From Thermoprotei archaeon (GTDB lineage: Archaea > Thermoproteota > Thermoprotei > QMSL01 > B3-G16): 26,828 bases of DNA. Positions within the stretch are counted from its first letter, which is position 1; each line of letters opens with the position of its first letter. The notes beneath the pieces are model-generated. The model was not told the DNA's origin, made no database searches, and was given only the letters and a program-made list of their open reading frames with translations. The translations under genes and the position numbers were made by a program. Shown piece by piece: positions 25,182 through 26,828 of this stretch. The stretch spans positions 1 to 26,828 of the forward strand of contig QMSL01000001.1 in assembly GCA_003649665.1 (NCBI GenBank), written 5' to 3'.

Positions 25182-26456
25182 GTGTCTCCACTGAAACTCA
25201 ACATTAGTGAAATAGAAAAAATTCAGCCTCTTACGAATATCGGTACTGCTGGTCATGTTGATAATGGAAAGAGCACTCTTGTTCAGGCACTAACCGGAAA
25301 ATGGACTGCGTACCATTCAGAAGAACTGAAGAGGGGGATTACGCTAAAGTTAGGGTATGCTGATTGCACAATACTTAAATGTCCCAATTGCGAAGGCCCT
25401 GAAGCTTATACTACCGATGCGCTCTCACCCGAGGGAGTATGTAAGAAATGTGGCTCTCCACTAGAAGTCGTGAGAAAGGTGTCATTTGTTGACGTTCCTG
25501 GACATGAGATGCTAATGGCTGTAATGCTCTCTGGAGCGATGATCATGGATGGTGCTATATTAGTGGTTGATGCATCTCGAGATGAGCCTTTACCACAGAC
25601 TAGGGAGCACTTTAAAGCACTTGAGATAGTAGGTGTGAGGAACTTAGTGGTCGTTCAGAATAAGATAGACATAGTCTCAAAGGAAAAGGCTATGGAGAAC
25701 TACAAGAAGATACGTGAATTTCTTGAGGGTACTTGGGCAGAAAATGCTCCAATAATCCCCGTTTCAGCGCTTCATAAAGTCAATATTGATGTCCTAGTAT
25801 ATGCTATTGAGAAATACATACCAACCCCTGAGCGTGACTATTCAAAGCCTCCCTTAATGCTGATCGCAAGGAGCTTTGATGTAAATAAGCCTGGTACTCC
25901 TCCTGAAACGCTAGTTGGTGGCGTGATTGGAGGGACATTGATACAAGGTAGACTAAGAATAGGTGATGAAATAGAGATAAGGCCTGGTCTTAGAATGATA
26001 CAGAGAGGTAAAATAGTGTACCGACCCTTATACACAGAGGTCGTTAGCCTTAGAGCTGGTAATGTTTCCGTTGAAGAGGCTTATCCTGGTGGCTTGATAG
26101 GCGTAGGCACGACTCTTGATCCATATCTGACTAAAGCTGATTCCCTTATAGGAAGCATCGCTGGGAAGCCAGGTACACTGCCCCCCATATGGAATGAACT
26201 TCAGCTCGAAGTGCACCTTTTAGAGCGTGTTGTAGGAACTGAAGAAATGGAGAAGGTTGAAAAGATTAGGATTAATGAGGATCTTTTAATAAACGTAGGT
26301 ACTGCTACCACATTGGGAAAGGTTACTTCGATAAGGGGAGAAGAGATACATGTAAAATTAAGGTTACCCATTGCAACTAATGCTGGTGCTAGAGTGGCGA
26401 TAAGCAGGAAGATTCGAGGGAGATGGCGTCTTATAGGATGGGGTATAGTAAAATGA
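25182..26456 (+). CDS. eif2g: Translation initiation factor aIF2 gamma subunit
   Basis: NIGTAGHVDNGKS, EELKRGIT, zinc knuckle CPNC..CKKC, DVPGHE, PQTREH, QNKID, PVSAL, RWRLIGWG. Start uncertain; GTG 25182 lies 31 nt after TTTAAA at 25151. Confidence 0.96.
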   Translation: MSPLKLNISEIEKIQPLTNIGTAGHVDNGKSTLVQALTGKWTAYHSEELKRGITLKLGYADCTILKCPNCEGPEAYTTDALSPEGVCKKCGSPLEVVRKVSFVDVPGHEMLMAVMLSGAMIMDGAILVVDASRDEPLPQTREHFKALEIVGVRNLVVVQNKIDIVSKEKAMENYKKIREFLEGTWAENAPIIPVSALHKVNIDVLVYAIEKYIPTPERDYSKPPLMLIARSFDVNKPGTPPETLVGGVIGGTLIQGRLRIGDEIEIRPGLRMIQRGKIVYRPLYTEVVSLRAGNVSVEEAYPGGLIGVGTTLDPYLTKADSLIGSIAGKPGTLPPIWNELQLEVHLLERVVGTEEMEKVEKIRINEDLLINVGTATTLGKVTSIRGEEIHVKLRLPIATNAGARVAISRKIRGRWRLIGWGIVK

Positions 26457-26460
26457 CTTT

Positions 26461-26828
26461 CTAATATAACTCTCCTTCCAGTTCCAGCTTTTTCCTAGCT
26501 CTTACGAATACTACTGGTATTCCCTCTTTTCTAAGCTTCTTCCTAATTTCCCTATCTCCTGTAGCTACTATTGCCCTCATCTCCTTAGCTATCCTAACTA
26601 ATGCATCATCTACGCGCTCATTTTCCATAAGGGGCACATTAATAATTCTCGCATGCTTTTTTACGAGTTCTAACGCTAATTGCGCTTTTTTCCTCTTAAT
26701 AAACCCCCTCTTCATTATATCCTCGAGCTCCTTAATGCAAAAGCTAGGAACAACTAGTTCGTATTTACCCTCCATGATTCTTTCTAGCCCCTCTATTATA
26801 TTAATTTTAAAGTCATAAGGCGTTAATA
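26461..26828 (-). CDS. Fcf1/Utp24-like PIN-domain protein (5' end outside the window)
   Basis: The frame stays open to the window edge (..LTPYDFKINIIEGLERIMEGKY..). CIKELE, VDDALV, VATGDREIRKKL..GIPVVFVR match the archaeal Fcf1-like PIN family. Confidence 0.82.
   Translation of the reverse strand, partial: LTPYDFKINIIEGLERIMEGKYELVVPSFCIKELEDIMKRGFIKRKKAQLALELVKKHARIINVPLMENERVDDALVRIAKEMRAIVATGDREIRKKLRKEGIPVVFVRARKKLELEGELY

Noticed and set aside
24332-25204. Long apparent overlap between dph5 and eif2g in the ORF track
   Set aside because: An artefact of over-extended starts; with ATG 25141 and GTG 25182 the genes are separated by 40 nt.
402-26216. Many 60-154 aa ORFs in the track (e.g. 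402-674, 1517-1981, 5192-5530, 6875-7240, 8278-8700, 13939-14250, 15777-16103, 17059-17430, 23812-24168)
   Set aside because: They lie antisense to, or out of frame within, well-supported genes and show no recognisable motifs; treated as shadow ORFs.

Overview
A densely packed archaeal housekeeping region, most consistent with the TACK/Thermoproteota lineage. That assignment is inferred from two Cdc6/Orc1 paralogs, an Ala1 proteasome beta subunit and a D-arm tRNA intron. From left to right it contains: (1) a replication cluster (rfcS-rfcL, truA, HTH, cdc6, THUMP, cdc6, DUF99, a short PolD small subunit DP1, DUF429); (2) polyamine genes speD-speE; (3) intron-containing tRNA-Ser(CGA) immediately followed by archease and rtcB; (4) a solitary rps7; (5) a ~4 kb accessory block (PfkB kinase, RHH-DUF5678 plus retropepsin-like protease pair, DUF4038/GH140-like hydrolase, VapBC) ending at the 3' end of tRNA-Lys(CTT), which has a non-canonical 22/23 intron; (6) mvk, intron-containing tRNA-Met, rpiA; (7) a psmB-taw1-translin-endoV-ribK run; (8) dph5 and a DUF357-RibL fusion; (9) aIF2-gamma and a window-truncated Fcf1-like PIN gene. 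I found no CRISPR array, integrase, transposase, intein or rRNA. The best leads are the RHH-DUF5678/protease pair, the pre-tRNA placed as a possible leader of the archease-rtcB genes, the N-terminally short DP1 with no adjacent DP2, and a possible uORF/hairpin control of speD. Family calls come from motifs recognised by eye; no database searches were run.
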